Source: an uncultured bacterium (GTDB lineage Bacteria > Verrucomicrobiota > Verrucomicrobiia > Limisphaerales > UBA8199). From it: 64,000 nucleotides of DNA. Below, piece by piece: positions 61,598 through 64,000 of the stretch. Both the position numbers and the translations under genes were made by a program. Position 1 is the stretch's first letter, and every line of letters begins with the position of its first letter. Below the pieces are notes generated by a model. It made no database searches. It saw nothing but the letters and a program-made list of their open reading frames with translations, and was not told the origin of the DNA. The stretch is taken from assembly GCA_963749495.1 (NCBI GenBank), contig CAVVMW010000012.1:32001-96000 (forward strand), written 5' to 3'.

Positions 61598-61607
61598 CCA
61601 TTCTAGG
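61598..61607 (-). promoter_or_regulatory. CCTAGAATGG -10 box upstream of the probable major pilin
   Basis: Copy of the recurring motif, about 125 nt before the ATG. Confidence 0.55.
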
Positions 61608-61785
61608 GCCCTGTTTTAGGAATATGCGGCGGCCAACCGGATTCTTAATCCGCACGCATGGCCGGGGATCGGAGGACTGTCATTCGCGTTGACCGCGCGT
61701 TGAGTCCCTGCGGGGGCCATTCTCCGCCGAACTGAAAACCGGCCAAGACACTCGAAGCTAGTTTCCCATCAAACACCAAAATCGC

Positions 61786-63153
61786 ATGAACACGACAACA
61801 CCACCGGCCACGCGCCCGTTGAACGACGCGACGATCGCCACCACGCAACGCGCCGTCAGCAGAACGCTGGGCGGCCTGCTCTCACCTTTGGAGGCGCGCC
61901 TGGCCAAAGGATTTCAAGGGCACCGGGACCGGCCGCTGGTTCGCCCCTTCTGCAACATTTTTGAACGCCACCTGAAAGTTGAACTGGACCAGCAGAGCTT
62001 CATCTGGTCTGACACGCTGCGGCTGAACATCCGGCTGATCCAGGCGATCGAGGCGGCGGCAATCACCGAGGACGAGAAAAACGAGGCGGTGTTCTGGCTG
62101 GTTTTGTTCCACACTAGCTACTTCGCCCTGGGCTACCAAACGCACTACCTCAAGGCGCCAGCAGAGCAGCAGCCGCTCTTGAACCTGGCGCAAACCCAGG
62201 CGGTGCTCGGCCACATGCAGTCCCTCGGCGTCAAGCAGCCCGCCAACGCGCCCCACTGGGAGCAAAACGGCTACGCCTTCAAGCCCATGATGGCCCTGGA
62301 AGCGGGGCCAAAGATGGCCGAGGAAGCGCTGAGCCAGTTGGAACAGGGCGCCGTTCCTCCCGCCGATCTCACGCAAACGCCACTCCTGCAATTGACCGAG
62401 TTGAACGGGTGCGTCGCGAATCTCCAGGAGTACTCGCCGCAGGTCCACGACACGTTCGCGCAGGAACTGATCAGCGACTGGGTGGCCGAATTCACCAAGA
62501 CCAACGATTTCGGCGGCCAGGGATTCAACGGCATCCGCCTGCTTTACTTCAAAGCCAACCCGCCCCGCGACGCGAGCGAGGCTATCATGGACTGCCTCCG
62601 CTCCAAATATCCCGTTGCCGCCGACCTGGCCCTCTACCACAACCGCAAGCTGGCCAACGACTATTTCGCGCCCCGCAACGCCGATCCCCTCGAAGAAAAG
62701 ACCGGCCACCTGGAGTTGTTCGTCGACTGCTCCGGCAGCATCTCGGCCGGGGACATCGGCGATTGCCTAAAGGTCTTCCGGGATTTCTTCGCCAAGCGGA
62801 AGAAAAACATGACCTATGGCATCAGTTGCTTCGACACCGGCATTCTGAGCCGCATCGAGGTGGGCGAAGGAGAGGACCCCGTTGAGAAGCTCAGCCAGTT
62901 GGCCATCGTGGGCGGAGGCGGAACCGATTTTCGCTGCATCGCGGCCAACATCAGGCAAATGCAGGAGGACGGCGGCCCGCCGCCCGGCGGTAACAGCCGA
63001 TACAAATGCGATTTGGCAGTGGTCTTTACCGACCTGGCCGGTTCATTCCCCGACACCGTCCCCTGCGACTTCGTCTGGGTGACCACCACCAAGCGGTGCA
63101 GCCTGGGCGCCGTCGCCGGTCTCTCCATCCCGGGAACCGTTATCTACCTCTGA
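61786..63153 (+). CDS. VWA-domain protein (DUF2201-like)
   Basis: MIDAS FVDCSGS, CFDT, GGGGTDF, VVFTD, VWV. Confidence 0.85.
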   Translation: MNTTTPPATRPLNDATIATTQRAVSRTLGGLLSPLEARLAKGFQGHRDRPLVRPFCNIFERHLKVELDQQSFIWSDTLRLNIRLIQAIEAAAITEDEKNEAVFWLVLFHTSYFALGYQTHYLKAPAEQQPLLNLAQTQAVLGHMQSLGVKQPANAPHWEQNGYAFKPMMALEAGPKMAEEALSQLEQGAVPPADLTQTPLLQLTELNGCVANLQEYSPQVHDTFAQELISDWVAEFTKTNDFGGQGFNGIRLLYFKANPPRDASEAIMDCLRSKYPVAADLALYHNRKLANDYFAPRNADPLEEKTGHLELFVDCSGSISAGDIGDCLKVFRDFFAKRKKNMTYGISCFDTGILSRIEVGEGEDPVEKLSQLAIVGGGGTDFRCIAANIRQMQEDGGPPPGGNSRYKCDLAVVFTDLAGSFPDTVPCDFVWVTTTKRCSLGAVAGLSIPGTVIYL

Positions 63154-63157
63154 GCCC

Positions 63158-63671
63158 GTGATCCGCGCCCTGCCGCAACAGAGGAACCGGGTCATCGTCA
63201 GCAGCGCCTCCCGGACCCAGCAATTTACCGGGGTGAACTGGAACGGCACCCTGACCCGCCCCATCTTCGCCCTGGTCAGGACCCAATCTGGCGAACGGCC
63301 CTTGCGCGCGGAAGGCTACGACCTCCTCGGGCACGATGGAAGGCACGCCGCCTACGGGGACAGGAAACTGTTCCGCCATGCAATAGACAGCGGCATTGAT
63401 CACGCCAACGAACTGCTCTTCCCGGGCATGGTCCCGACCATGGGGGCCGGCCTCCTCGCGATCTGGCTGGTTCGCAAGAGCGGCGAAATACTCCACTTTC
63501 CAGGATACGCTCAAAATCAAGGAACTGATCTTGACTCAGCCGGAGGTGCTTAACGGCTGGTGCGAAGTCGAGAGCGACCTGTTCAATCCGGACAACAAGA
63601 GCTACCGCGTCTTTGCCGAGCCTGACCCCGTCGTGCTCAAGCGCATCGTGAAGACGGCCACACAAAGCTGA
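63158..63671 (+). CDS. Hypothetical protein (frameshift near 63485)
   Basis: Two overlapping frames (63158-63553 and 63396-63671) join into one ORF that ends just before the next ATG. Confidence 0.5.
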
Positions 63672-63675
63672 ACGC

Positions 63676-64000
63676 ATGGACGATATAGAGCTACTGGAAA
63701 AGCCCGCAGCCGCTGCCAAGGCTGTCCCGACCGAAAAGGCCAGGAAGCCCGAACGAAGAATCGTGGTTTCAGACCAGGAGTGGGTCTCCCTGATCGTCCG
63801 CCTCTGCCGCAAGATCCGCCCGAACCTTTCGATAGCGGTGTGCCTGGGGAAATACGCGGACGTCAAGACTCTGCACAAGGCCTACACGGGCACCGTCACG
63901 CTCAACCCGCTCTACTTGACGCGAGAGCAGGCGGTCATCGCGGATACCGTCAGCCGCCATTGGATCGCCAATATCCAGGCGGTGGGCGACCGCTGCAAGA
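63676..64000 (+). CDS. Hypothetical protein, truncated by the window end
   Basis: Open frame MDDIELLEKPAAAAKAVPTEK... runs to the edge. Confidence 0.6.
   Translation, partial: MDDIELLEKPAAAAKAVPTEKARKPERRIVVSDQEWVSLIVRLCRKIRPNLSIAVCLGKYADVKTLHKAYTGTVTLNPLYLTREQAVIADTVSRHWIANIQAVGDRCK

Overview
GC-rich backbone of a large mobile element (megaplasmid or ICE-like). The host is probably a verrucomicrobium, judged from a truncated tyrosine-integrase N-terminus and an ECF-sigma remnant that resemble those of that phylum. No housekeeping genes, rRNA, tRNA or CRISPR were seen. Four modules are interleaved. (1) Conjugative T4SS genes: VirB6/TrbL-like, VirB2-like, VirB4 and TraL/VirB3-like. (2) A type IVa-like pilus set: PilB, two PilT, a secretin, a PilMNOP-like operon plus a second divergent PilMNO-like set, two stand-alone GspE/PilB N-terminal domains and six pilins. 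(3) A phage-like replication/recombination kit: a divergent family A DNA polymerase with a degenerate UDG-like N-domain, DinG, RNase HII and SbcCD. (4) An RpoD-like sigma factor. About ten backbone operon starts carry the same (C/G)CTAnAATG(G) -10 box with no -35, mostly 3-5 nt before an ATG, suggesting an element-wide leaderless regulon that may be read by the element's own sigma. Cargo and insertions include Fic, a HEAT-repeat lipoprotein, a CsgG-like operon, an orphan AbiEi, a nucleotidyltransferase cluster, an IS607 with TnpB whose ends can be resolved exactly, and an IS1634-like element. About a dozen single-base frameshifts, many at homopolymers, look like long-read indel errors, so several genes are reported across frameshifts. 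All assignments come from motif recognition by eye; no searches were run.
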